Origin: Vicinamibacterales bacterium
Lineage (GTDB): Bacteria > Acidobacteriota > Vicinamibacteria > Vicinamibacterales > JAMQPK01
DNA length: 64,000 bases
Assembly (NCBI GenBank): GCA_963790545.1
Contig: CAWBPA010000012.1
Location: 6,461 to 70,460, forward strand
Direction of reading: 5' to 3'
Position 1 is the stretch's first letter; each line of letters starts with the position of its first letter. The notes under the pieces are model-generated. The model had not been told where the DNA came from. It did not search any database and saw only the letters and a list, made by a program, of their open reading frames with translations. Shown piece by piece: positions 31,979 through 41,976 of the stretch. Made by a program: the position numbers and the translations under genes.

Positions 31979-33934
31979 ATGCCCAGCCTTCGTTTCGCCG
32001 CCTCGGCCAGATACTTGATCGGCCGCCTGAGCCTCTCTGCGCTGCTGGTGATGCTTTCGGCCGGGGTTGCGGAGAGTGCCACCTGGACGCTCCACTGGGA
32101 ACCCAATTCAGAACCCGACATCGCTGGATATATCGTCTCTTACGGGACGCGTTCAGATCAGTACGCCACGAGTGTCGATGTCGGAAAGAGAACCACCTTC
32201 CACTTTACCGAGCCAGATCCCACCAAGGTTTACTATCTGGCGGTGAAGGCCTACAACAAGGCAGGTCTTGAAAGTCCTTACTCGGCCGAGGTCTCGACGA
32301 CGCCCGATCCGCTGACGGTCACCCGCCTGACCTCGAATGCACCGTCGTCGCCGGTGGTTGGCACATCCATCACATTCACTGCGAAAGCGGCGGGTGGTGC
32401 TCCCGCGTATCAGTACAAGTGGTGGGTCTCCGATGGTACGGCCTCCACGATCGGAAAGAACTGGTCGACCAGCGCCACGTTCGCGTGGACACCAAAGCAG
32501 GCAAAACCTGCCTACCGGGTGACTGTGTGGGCTCGTAACGCAGGAAGCACCGTAGACAAGCTTGATAACCCAGAGGCGACCCTCTCGATGACGTTCGCCG
32601 TGGGCCCGCCACCAGCGGTTTCGGTGAACGCCGTTGCCCCGAAATCCGGCCCGACCAAGGGGGGCACTTCAGTCACCATCACAGGAAAGAATTTTGCCGA
32701 TGGTGCCACCGTCAAGTTCGGCGGGAAGGCTGCACCCAACGTCGTAGTTGTCAGCAGTACATCGTTAAAAGTGAAGACGCCCCTGCACGCGGCTGGCACG
32801 GTGAATGTCGTTGTGTCCAGCCCCAGCGGTCAGACCGCGACTCGCACGAACGGCTTTACATATGTTGCGCCCGCGCCAACCCTGGGGAGTGTCACACCGA
32901 ATTCCGGGCCGACTGGTGGCGGCACCTCGGTGACCATCAGGGGAACCAACTTTGTGAGTGGCGCCACTGTCAGATTTGGAGGCGCGGCGGCGACGAAGGT
33001 CGTTGTTGTGAGCGGCACCTCTATCACCGCGCGGACGCCCCCGCATTCGGCGGGCTCGGTGAATGTCGTTGTGTCCATCCCCAGCGGTCAGAGTGCGGCT
33101 CGCACGAACGGCTTTACGTATGTTGCGCCCGCACCAACCATAGGGAGTGTCACGCCGAATTCCGGACCGACGAGTGGCGGCACCACGGTGACCATCAGGG
33201 GAACAAATTTTGTGCGTGGTGCCACTGTCAGATTTGGAGGCGCGGCGGCGACGAAGGTCGTTGTTGTGAGCGGCACCTCTATCACCGCGCGGACGCCCCC
33301 GCATTCGGCGGGCTCGGTGAACGTCGTTGTGTCCATCCCCAGCGGTCAGAGTGCGGCTCGCACGAACGGCTTTACGTATGTTGCGCCCGCACCAACCGTA
33401 GGGAGTGTCACGCCGAATTCCGGACCGACGAGTGGCGGCACCACGGTGACCATCAGGGGAACAAATTTTGTGCGTGGTGCCACTGTCAGATTTGGCGGCG
33501 CGGCGGCGACGAAGTTCGTTGTTGTGAGCGGCACCTCTATTACCGCACGGACGCCCCCGCACGCGCCGGGCACGGTGAATGTCGTTGTGACCAATTCCGA
33601 TAAGAAGAGCGGCACTCGCGGCAGCGGGTTTAATTACGTTGGGCACCGAAATAGCCTTGGTCTATCCCAGTTCCTTGTTGAAAAAGTCGATGTTCGGTTT
33701 AGAACCTTCGGCGCATTGAGATTCGCCGAAGGCGCTCTGGGTCGGGGCTTTGGCTACGTACACCCGGATCTTGCGGTCGCCGCTCATCCATCCGCATCTG
33801 CCGATGCTTGCCAATGCGGCACGGGAGATCGGCGGCGTCCAGATTCAAAATCGCGGCGCGTGCCTTTTTCAGCCTTCTATATCAGCAAACTGAGAACTCG
33901 CTGTGCCTCGTCGAGCGACCCACCCAAATGCTAG
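31979..33934 (+). CDS. Secreted FN3 + Y_Y_Y/Ig-like + 4 IPT/TIG protein; C-terminus reads into duplicated pseudogene DNA
   Basis: Signal peptide; W.PNSEPDIAGY; YQYKWW..WS; IPT repeats PNSGPTSGGT.VTI.G.NF. Confidence 0.85.
   Translation: MPSLRFAASARYLIGRLSLSALLVMLSAGVAESATWTLHWEPNSEPDIAGYIVSYGTRSDQYATSVDVGKRTTFHFTEPDPTKVYYLAVKAYNKAGLESPYSAEVSTTPDPLTVTRLTSNAPSSPVVGTSITFTAKAAGGAPAYQYKWWVSDGTASTIGKNWSTSATFAWTPKQAKPAYRVTVWARNAGSTVDKLDNPEATLSMTFAVGPPPAVSVNAVAPKSGPTKGGTSVTITGKNFADGATVKFGGKAAPNVVVVSSTSLKVKTPLHAAGTVNVVVSSPSGQTATRTNGFTYVAPAPTLGSVTPNSGPTGGGTSVTIRGTNFVSGATVRFGGAAATKVVVVSGTSITARTPPHSAGSVNVVVSIPSGQSAARTNGFTYVAPAPTIGSVTPNSGPTSGGTTVTIRGTNFVRGATVRFGGAAATKVVVVSGTSITARTPPHSAGSVNVVVSIPSGQSAARTNGFTYVAPAPTVGSVTPNSGPTSGGTTVTIRGTNFVRGATVRFGGAAATKFVVVSGTSITARTPPHAPGTVNVVVTNSDKKSGTRGSGFNYVGHRNSLGLSQFLVEKVDVRFRTFGALRFAEGALGRGFGYVHPDLAVAAHPSASADACQCGTGDRRRPDSKSRRVPFSAFYISKLRTRCASSSDPPKC
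32867..33640 (+). repeat. Three near-identical 258-bp tandem IPT/TIG units
   Basis: Unit starts at about 32867, 33125 and 33383. Confidence 0.92.
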
Positions 33935-34162
33935 TACCTCTTCCGTTTTCCGCGCTCGAACGACGGTGGGCGCCACGCTGCCGAGCGCGACGCGAGGGGT
34001 CCGACCCGCACACCAGCCATGACGACCTTGGCCTGTCGATCATCTCAGGCCGACAGCGGAGTACCGCAGGCGAGTCGCTGCGAACCTTCTCGCACGGTCT
34101 GGATTGATAGCCGTCGCTCGTGAGCGATGGAAAGATCGTTGATAATGCCGGCCGCGCCTGAC
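33704..34162. pseudogene. Scrambled degenerate copy of the FAD-subunit gene 3' part (deletions plus an internal inversion)
   Basis: Matches 30830-30984, 31093-31119, reverse complement of 31231-31374, then 31392-31519. Confidence 0.9.
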
Positions 34163-34339
34163 AAACGCAGCGCTCTCGCGTGCAATCGTGTGCAGCGAGA
34201 CACGAGATCAAAATCGCGTTACCCGAAATTCTTACTTAGTGCACGACCGTGTCGGCGCGCGGTTCTCGCGCAGCTCGCACACTTTGAAAATTTTCTGCGA
34301 AAGGAAACAGGAGAGCGCGTCTGAAGTCCGCAGAAATTC

Positions 34340-34355
34340 TGGCAGCAGCCTTGCA
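34340..34355 (+). promoter_or_regulatory. Sigma54 promoter candidate (duplicated copy)
   Basis: TGGCAGCAGCCTTGCA. Confidence 0.65.
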
Positions 34356-34446
34356 AACTGTCACGCGCACGTCTTCACCGTGTACGAACTAATTACGACG
34401 AGTCATCCCCCACTCGAGATCAGGCTCTCGACTGAACAGCTTGAGG

Positions 34447-35683
34447 ATGTCCATTTCATTCCTCACGGCTGCGTCGACAAAATATTCGTGTGGCCGCTAC
34501 TCTCGGCCTGTCGATGCAGCTCGTGCTTCTTTCGCTCGGATCCGCAGAAGGTGCGGTCGCACTGGCCTGGGATCCCAACCAGGAGGCGGATATCGCCGGG
34601 TACGTCATTTCTTACGGCACAAGCTCACGTCAGTACACCACGAGCGTCGATGTTGGAGATACGACGTCGTTCGTGTTCGCCCAACCTGATCCAGCAAAGG
34701 TCTATTTCCTGGCCGTGCAAGCCTACAACACGGCCGGTCAGCGAAGTCCGTTTTCAAACGAAGTCTTGACATCAGCGGCCGTCCGTCCGCTGACGGCAAC
34801 GGGTTTGACGTCGAACGCACCGACGCAGCCGCGTACAGGAAATACCATCACGTTCACGGCCACTGCGACAGGCGGCCGAACCCCGTATCAATACAAGTGG
34901 TGGGTATCCGACGGCGTGACCTCCACCATCGGGCAGAATTGGTCGGCGAGCAATACCTTCGCATGGACGCCGACGCAGGCCAAACCGAGCTATCGGATCA
35001 CCGTCTGGGTGCGCAATGCCTCGAGCACGGTCGACAATTTCGACAACCCGAGCGCGACGCTTTCGATGATCGTCTCGGTCAGCGCGAACCCACTGTCGGT
35101 AGGGAGCGTGGTTCCGAACACCGGATCGACCGGCGGCGGCACGATCGTCACCATTACGGGAGCCAATTTCGCAAGCGGCGCCACCGTGAGCTTTGGAGGC
35201 GCCCCCGCGACGGCCGTGACGGTCGTCAACAGTACGTCCATCAAAGCGAGGACACCGGCACATGTCGCCGGCGTGGTGGCCGTTGCGGTGACGAATCCCA
35301 ACAGGCTGAGCGGTACTCGCGCCAACGCGTTTTCGTACACTGCGCCCGCAGCTCCACCGCCACCCTCGACGCCGCCACCGACGGTGAGCACCGTCATGCC
35401 GAACTCCGGCTCTACCAGAGGTGGGACGACCGTGACGATCACTGGCGCGAACTTCGTGCCGGGTGCGACAGTCACTTTTGGCGGAGTCCCGGCAGCGACC
35501 ACCGTGGTCGTGGCCAACAGCACCTCGATCGTGGCCACGACGCCGTCACATGCCGGCGGCGCGGTCGCGGTTGTGGTGATCAATCCGACCAAGCAGAGCG
35601 GTACGCGTGCCAGTGGTTTCACGTACATTGCTCCAACGACGCTCACTCCACCACTTGCTGCTCCACCACCGGCAGCGAACTAG
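34447..35683 (+). CDS. Secreted FN3 + Y_Y_Y/Ig-like + 2 IPT/TIG protein; probable +1 insertion near 34500 in the signal peptide
   Basis: Paralogue of 31979; ORF 34490-35683; one extra base relative to the paralogous leaders (cgc tac t ctc ggc). Confidence 0.8.
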
Positions 35684-35892
35684 TCACGACGCTCGAGAAC
35701 TAGTCGCGACCCTCGAACAATCTTCTCACTGTGCAGTTCTGCGCAAGTCGTTCGCGCCCCAATGGGCGAGTGTTTGCAATCTTGTTAGCAAGTCGACAAA
35801 AAAGTCTTTCGATCAGCGTCGCAACGATCGTACGCCCTGGCAGACTCCCCGAAAAAACCGAACAGACGCGCAGACAGAGCGGCACGAATGTC

Positions 35893-35908
35893 TGGCAGTG
35901 GCCTTGCA
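35893..35908 (+). promoter_or_regulatory. Sigma54 promoter candidate
   Basis: TGGCAGTGGCCTTGCA. Confidence 0.65.
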
Positions 35909-35978
35909 GCCCTGAAGATCGCACTTCTCTTCCGTGTACGAACTGATTACGACGAGTTCTCCCCCCTCCTCCTTTCCT

Positions 35979-37599
35979 ATGGCTGTGTCGACAAAATACT
36001 CGTGTGGCCGCTGCCTCGGCCTGTCGATACTGCTCGTGACTCTCTTGGGCGGCCCGGCGGAAGGTGCCGTCACGCTGGCTTGGGATCCAAACCCCGAAAG
36101 CGACATTGCCGGATACATCATTTCGTACGGCATGAGCTCGCGTCAGTACACGACCCGCATCGACGTCGGAAACACGACGAGGTGGGTATTCTCTCAGCCT
36201 GATCCGACGAAGGTGTATTTCCTGGCGGTGCAAGCCTACAACACGGCTGGTCTGGAAAGTCGGTTACTCCAACGAAGTGTCGACCACGCCCGTCATCCAG
36301 CCTCTCACTGCAACCAGCCTCACATCCAACGCGCCCGCACAGCCTTGTGTGGGCACCACCATCACGTTCGCGGCCACCGCAACGGGTGGCGTGGCCCCCT
36401 ACGCGTACAAGTGGTGGGTGTTCGACGGTTCGATGTCAACCATTGGACAGAACTGGTCAACGAGCAACATCTTCGCGTGGACGCCAACCCAGGCAAAGAG
36501 CTACGTCGTGACAGTCTGGGTGCGTAACGCATCGAGCACGGCTGACAATGTCGAGAATCCCGGGGCGACGCTTTCGATGACCGTGGCCGTTGGCGGACCT
36601 GCGACAACCTCAGCACCCACAGTCGGCGCAAATCCGGCGCCGTCGACCAGTGCTGTGACGCCAAGTCCTGTCTCTACCGACTCGACCAGTAGCAGTAACG
36701 TCATCGATCAGAACGGGAAACCTGCAGATGCCCCCAAGCAGATTCCATCGTCCCCGGCCTCGTCACCGTCCGTCAGCTCGAATGCGACGTCGCCCGTGAG
36801 GGCCGCGAGTCCGCGCGCGGCGGCTACGACTCGGCCCCTGAACGCCAACCGGAGCAAGGAGAGCCCTGCACGCGCAGAGAACGCTCAAACGGTGCAGTCA
36901 GCCCAAGCACCGATCATCATCGTGAGTGCGATTCTGCCTGTGAGCACTGGGACGTCGAACCCCGGATCCAGCCGCGGTGTGACCAGATCCAACGATCGAG
37001 GTCCTGCAGAGGTTACTGATCGTACCGACGTTGGTAGCCATGAGTTCCTTCCGACTTATGAGCCGCCGCCCCCTTCGCCTCCAGCATTGACGGTGAGTGG
37101 TCCTCGGCCGGCGTCGATGGACGCGGTGGCCCGGAGCTCACAATCGACCAGAGGCGGTGTGCCGACAGGATCGAGAAGGGCGATGCGTAAACGTGTGCAG
37201 GCCGCTGCGCAGGATGCCAGTTCGGTGTCCAGTCCTGCACCGACCGTTACGAGCGTTGTGCCCAACTCCGGGTCCGCGAAAGGCGGCACAACCGTCACGA
37301 TCACGGGGGCGGATTTTGTACCTGGCGCGACGGTCAGCTTTGGCGGAATTCCGGCGGCGACGATGGTGGTTGTCGCGACAAGCACGACGATTGTTGCGAC
37401 GACGCCACCGCATGCTGGTGGTCCGGTGAATATTGTGGTCACCAATCCCGATAAACAGAGCGGAACTCACACCGCAGGCTTCACTTTCATCGCCGCGGCT
37501 CGTCGCACGCTGCCCCGTCCGGGCTCTGCGGGCAGCCCACAAGCATCCAGCAGCCCTTCACCACGTCCTTCCGGATGGTGGGCTGTCCTCGCTGAATAG
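35979..37599 (+). CDS. Secreted FN3 + Y_Y_Y/Ig-like + long Ser/Pro linker + IPT/TIG protein; +1 frameshift near 36264
   Basis: ORFs 35934-36527 and 36277-37599 join as GLES-RYSNEVSTTP; third paralogue. Confidence 0.8.
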
Positions 37600-37777
37600 G
37601 TCATGAAAGCTGAAATAGGCCGGACCTTCAGATCCGGCAGTGTAAGAACGTCGATTCTGTTCGTCAGCATACTCTTCCCGTGATCCCGACGTGCACGTGG
37701 CAGGCGAATCGAGGCCGTGCACGTCGCAAATCACCCGTCAGTGGGCCACTTTGGCTTCTGACAAATCTGTAATCGTC

Positions 37778-37792
37778 GGGCATAGCAATTGC
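37778..37792 (+). promoter_or_regulatory. Sigma54 promoter candidate
   Basis: GGGCATAGCAATTGC, GG-N10-GC, about 30 nt before an ATG with GGAGG RBS. Confidence 0.55.
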
Positions 37793-37821
37793 GTCTGTGT
37801 GCAGCCGTTGGGAGGATAACC

Positions 37822-38661
37822 ATGCTCAAAGGGACTCGTTGGCTCGGGTTTGTTGGAATGATCTTCGTGCTCCTGAGTGGAACAGCTCTGGCCAAAGGAG
37901 CCGCGTCGACGACGCCGAAGGTTCATGGTCCCAAGGCCACGACGGCCACGGGGTCCGGTGCTGCTGTGAAAGCCTCGACAACGAAAGCGAAAGGTCCGTC
38001 GACAACACCCAAGACGACGTCTTCAAAGGGCGCGACGACAAAGTTAGCGAAATCGACGACGCCGAAGGGGAACTCTGCGTCGGCAAAGACAAAGGGCGGA
38101 GCGACGACAACGACCCAATCGGGACTCACGACCACGTCGAACACGACCACATCGAACACGACGTCGAGCTCGACAGGAAGTACCACTACTTCCACAACAG
38201 GTACAGCCACCTGGACGCCGGATAATCCGGTGGCACAGAAACTGTCGACGAAATCGAACCTCATGAAGAAGGCACAGACCGTCATTGGGACGGACGTCGA
38301 TCTGAACGGTGCGACATCGGGCTTCAAGAACTTTGGTCAGTTCGTAGCAGCCGTCAACGTATCGAATAACCACCAGATCGCATTCGCGGACCTAAAGGCG
38401 GCGATGACCGGACTCGATATCAAGGGCCAACCGGTGGTCACGACCAGCGCGACGGGCGCCACTACCCCTGCCAGCACCTTGAGCCTCGGGCAGGCGATTC
38501 AGAAGCTGAAGACCGGTGTGGATGGTGAGACGGTCGCGCAGGGTGCGCTGGTCCAGGCTAATGCCGAGATCAATAGCTCGTCGACAACCACGTCGACCTC
38601 GACCTCAACCTCCACGACAACGACAACGACCACGACGACAGCCAAATCGAAGACGCCATAG
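37822..38661 (+). CDS. Secreted Thr/Ser/Lys-rich protein with a small helical domain
   Basis: Signal peptide; low-complexity T/K/S; ordered segment GFKNFGQFVAAVNVSNN...SLGQAIQKLK. Confidence 0.75.
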   Translation: MLKGTRWLGFVGMIFVLLSGTALAKGAASTTPKVHGPKATTATGSGAAVKASTTKAKGPSTTPKTTSSKGATTKLAKSTTPKGNSASAKTKGGATTTTQSGLTTTSNTTTSNTTSSSTGSTTTSTTGTATWTPDNPVAQKLSTKSNLMKKAQTVIGTDVDLNGATSGFKNFGQFVAAVNVSNNHQIAFADLKAAMTGLDIKGQPVVTTSATGATTPASTLSLGQAIQKLKTGVDGETVAQGALVQANAEINSSSTTTSTSTSTSTTTTTTTTTAKSKTP

Positions 38662-38677
38662 CAACTCGAAGACACAC

Positions 38678-39577
38678 ATGTCGATAAGTGCTCGTACGTT
38701 GATCTTCACGCTGATGGTAACCCTGGCGGCGACTTCGGTCGCCGCTCAGGGACGCGGAAACGCCTTCGGTCGCGGACGCGCAAAGACTTCTCAGCCGACC
38801 GCCGGGACAAACTCGTCGCCGGCACTCGAGCCCATTTCGGCCGACAGTTCTGCCGCTATCCGGCAGTTTGGTGCCTGGCTCGATGACGCGTCGGTACTCA
38901 CGCCGGGACATGGATGGTTGTCAGTATCGGCCGGGCATTCGCGATCCCTTGGCGCTCGCCAGTTTGATTTCCCTGTCATTGAGGCAGGTATGGCGTTGAC
39001 TCGTCGAGCGCAGTTTGGGGGGACGATTCCGTACTACCGGATGAACTTCACCGATGGGAGTAGCGTTGCCGGGTTTGGTGACGTCTACCTGAACCTGAAA
39101 TATGCGCTGGTCGAGCCGGAACAAAACCGCGCCAAGGTCGGACTGGCCGTCGCACCGCTCGTTGAGGTGTTGAGTGCGCCGGACCCAATCTCGGGGGCAC
39201 GATGGTCGTGGGCTATTCCGGTAAGCGTCGAGGTCAGGCGACCCGATTATCGAGTGTACGGCTCAGCGGGATATTTTGCGCGCGGCGTCCTCTTCAGCAG
39301 TGGAGCCGTAGAAGTTCCTCTCTCCAATCGCTTCGTCGTCACGGGTGCCCTGATCCAGATGCGGTCGCTCAATCAGAGCCCTGCCGCCGATGCCCTTGCG
39401 CTGGCCAGGAGTCGGCTCGACCTTGCCGGTGCTGCTGCATACTTCCTGACGCCCTCGTTTGCGGCTTTTGGCAGCGTCGGCCGAACCATCTCACAGGCAG
39501 GCCCGCTGGGAACGTCGCTCACGATCAACGGTGGCGTGTCAATCACGTTCGCGCAAGCCGGCGTCCCCAAGCCTTGA
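38678..39577 (+). CDS. Putative outer-membrane beta-barrel (MetA-pathway 'transporter'-like)
   Basis: Signal peptide; GFGDVYLNLKY; amphipathic beta strands ending in SITF. Confidence 0.6.
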   Translation: MSISARTLIFTLMVTLAATSVAAQGRGNAFGRGRAKTSQPTAGTNSSPALEPISADSSAAIRQFGAWLDDASVLTPGHGWLSVSAGHSRSLGARQFDFPVIEAGMALTRRAQFGGTIPYYRMNFTDGSSVAGFGDVYLNLKYALVEPEQNRAKVGLAVAPLVEVLSAPDPISGARWSWAIPVSVEVRRPDYRVYGSAGYFARGVLFSSGAVEVPLSNRFVVTGALIQMRSLNQSPAADALALARSRLDLAGAAAYFLTPSFAAFGSVGRTISQAGPLGTSLTINGGVSITFAQAGVPKP

Positions 39578-39586
39578 ACCGCACTT

Positions 39587-40265
39587 TCAGGCTTTTAGCT
39601 CGCTTTTGAAAAAGTCGATCGTTCGGCGCCAGGCGTCGCGAGCGGCGGCCTCGTTGTAGACCTGCGGTCGTTCGTCGTTGAAGAACGCATGATCGGCCCC
39701 CGGATAAATGTGAATGTCGGCGCGCTTGTCCAGATCTTTCAGATTCTTTTCCAGAGCACGTACTGATTCGGGCGTGACGAACCCGTCCTTCTCTGCATAC
39801 AGGCCGAGCACCGGAGCCTTGAGCGCAGCGAGGTCCGGCTTGACGTTGGGATGTCCCCCGTAGAACACGACACAGGCGCCCACCTCCGGGTTCTTGCATG
39901 CTGCAAAGAGCGACAGCGCACCACCCATACAGAAGCCAACGGTTCCAACCTGCTTGCTTGAAGGTACTTGGATGCTTCAGTAGGTACTGCACGGCGCCGC
40001 GCAAATCCTTTTCGGCTTCGTCGATGCGGAGGCTCATCATCAGTTTGCCAGCCTCATCGGGCGAGCTCGTGCTCTTCCCGTGGTATAGGTCCGGCGCGAG
40101 CGCAACAAATCCCTCCGCAGCAAATCGATCGGCAACGTTCTTGATGTGCGGCACGAGTCCCCACCACTCCTGAATGACCACAATGGCGGGACCAGTAGAT
40201 TTCGGCAGGGCGAGATATCCTGAGGCTTCTTTTCCGTTTGAAGGAAATTGGACGATGTCTCCCAT
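39587..40265 (-). CDS. Dienelactone hydrolase family protein; +1 frameshift near 39963
   Basis: IQEWWGL, APDLY, rejoined GTVGFCMGG, YPGADHAFFND. Confidence 0.9.
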
Positions 40266-40272
40266 ATACAGC

Positions 40273-40310
40273 AATGCCTCCGCGCCAGGTGAGTCCAGCG
40301 CGGAGGCATT
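40273..40310 (-). terminator. 13-bp stem hairpin between the BON and hydrolase genes
   Basis: aatgcctccgcgc / gcgcggaggcatt; no U-tract. Confidence 0.55.
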
Positions 40311-40316
40311 ATGGCA

Positions 40317-40874
40317 TTACACCCCTTCGAATGCCTGTCGAGCTTCAGCCGTCGTCTTGATTTCGCTCTTCACCGAGAACGCCAGGAACTGCGACGCCAG
40401 CGATCGCGCGACCATCCGGTCGACTTCGCTGTTGACGACGCCCGTCAAGGTGACGTGCCCACGATCCACAACGATGTGAATCGGCGGGTCAATCATGGTC
40501 GCGTAGTGCCAGAACGCCGGGTGGCTGTAGATGGCCCGCGCGATGCGATAGCGCAGGTCGTCGTCCATCTGAGACACCGGAAGAACCTCAATCTTGTTGT
40601 GAACTTCGCGAATGCCGTCCACCTTGGCCACGCGCTTGGCGATCTCGTTGCGCTTGTACGGCATCGTGACCTTGCCGGTCAGCGTAACCACGCCATTGTC
40701 GAGCGACGCGTTGACATCGTCGAACACGGTGAACCAGGCGTAGGTGTTGACCTTCTTGGCGACTTCGTCGAGAAGCCGGAGGTCTCTCCGGTCGGCTGCA
40801 CCGGCCACGGCCGGGGCGGCCAGGCTCGCAATCATCAATGCTGCCGCGATGTGTCGAAACATGATGCCCTCCAA
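40317..40874 (-). CDS. Secreted double BON domain protein
   Basis: Signal peptide; VVTLTGKV, V.GIREVHNKIEV, VDRGHVTLTGVV. Confidence 0.88.
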   Translation of the reverse strand: MEGIMFRHIAAALMIASLAAPAVAGAADRRDLRLLDEVAKKVNTYAWFTVFDDVNASLDNGVVTLTGKVTMPYKRNEIAKRVAKVDGIREVHNKIEVLPVSQMDDDLRYRIARAIYSHPAFWHYATMIDPPIHIVVDRGHVTLTGVVNSEVDRMVARSLASQFLAFSVKSEIKTTAEARQAFEGV

Positions 40875-40958
40875 TCTTTTGGCATCGGGCTCTCTGCCTC
40901 AGGCTTCGGAACCTTCCGCGTCGGGTGAGAGCCCTTTCGATGCCCGGCTACCAGAGGG

Positions 40959-40973
40959 GCAAGTCACATGCCA
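40959..40973 (-). promoter_or_regulatory. Sigma54 promoter candidate for the BON gene
   Basis: Minus strand TGGCATGTGACTTGC. Confidence 0.65.
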
Positions 40974-41078
40974 GGAGAAAGTGCGTACTGATCGCGGGAT
41001 CAGGCCTGTTTCGCGTGGATGGGTTGGAACGCTGACCCCTTCGCAGGACAGGGGGTTTGTCGTAGTGCAGGACGTGGC

Positions 41079-41186
41079 AGGCCCACGTACGTAGCGCAGG
41101 TCTTTAGACCTGCCGGGGGCGTTCCGTTAGCAGGACTAAAGTCCTGCGCTACGTACGTCGGAGTCCTGCGCCACGAACGTGGGCCT
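41079..41186. repeat. GTAG-type REP doublet (REPIN-like)
   Basis: GTAGCGCAGGTCTTTAGACCTGC ... GCAGGACTAAAGTCCTGCGCTAC inside an outer inverted repeat aggcccacgt/acgtgggcct. Confidence 0.8.
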
Positions 41187-41188
41187 CT

Positions 41189-41935
41189 TTAGAAGAGCAT
41201 CCATTCGACGATGACAACCGTAAGGATCCCTACGCCGACGAGCAGGATTTGTCCAATGGCCCGTGCATCCATCCGACCGCGGTTCAGGTCAGGGATGAGA
41301 TCCGCCATGGCGATGTACAGGAAGCTGGCGGAAGCAATCGACAACACGTAGGGCAGGACGTTTGGTATCCAGTCGAGCGCCAGCAGGGCGGACAGCGTTC
41401 CCGCCACGGCAGACAGTCCAGACACCACGTTCAGCATCAGCGCTCGCCGTCGCGTATAACCCGATCCGAGCAGGATGGCAAAATCGCCGACTTCCTGGGG
41501 AATCTCGTGCGCGGCAACCGCGACGGCGGTGCCCACGCCAAGAGGAATCGAGCTCACCACGGCTGCGCCAATCACGGCGCCGTCTACAAAATTATGGAAG
41601 GCATCGCCAATCAGCACGAGCGGCGCCGCAGACGAATGGGTCGTGCACTCTTCTGTATGGCAGTGACGCCAGATCACAAGCTTTTCGAGGATGAAAAAGA
41701 GGAGGATACCGGCGAGCAAGGTGCCGAGCACGCGCGTCGGCGGCAGCGTCTCGAGGGCGTGTGGCAGGAGCGCCAATAGGGCCACTCCGAGCAACGTGCC
41801 GACGGCATAGCTGATCAACGAGGGGATGAGCCTGAGACGAATTCGATCGTTGAACAGCAGGAGCGTAGAGGCCAGAAGAAGCCCGCCAAGGCTGCCCAGA
41901 AGGGTCAAGCCTATGGCGGTGAGGACAAGCAGCAC
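41189..41935 (-). CDS. ZIP family metal transporter
   Basis: GDAFHNFVDG, HEIPQEVGD, HCH loop, FLYIAMADLIP. Confidence 0.93.
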   Translation of the reverse strand: MLLVLTAIGLTLLGSLGGLLLASTLLLFNDRIRLRLIPSLISYAVGTLLGVALLALLPHALETLPPTRVLGTLLAGILLFFILEKLVIWRHCHTEECTTHSSAAPLVLIGDAFHNFVDGAVIGAAVVSSIPLGVGTAVAVAAHEIPQEVGDFAILLGSGYTRRRALMLNVVSGLSAVAGTLSALLALDWIPNVLPYVLSIASASFLYIAMADLIPDLNRGRMDARAIGQILLVGVGILTVVIVEWMLF

Positions 41936-41976
41936 GCCGCATCATAACGAAAAAGGGGTCGGGCGTCTTTTTCGCG

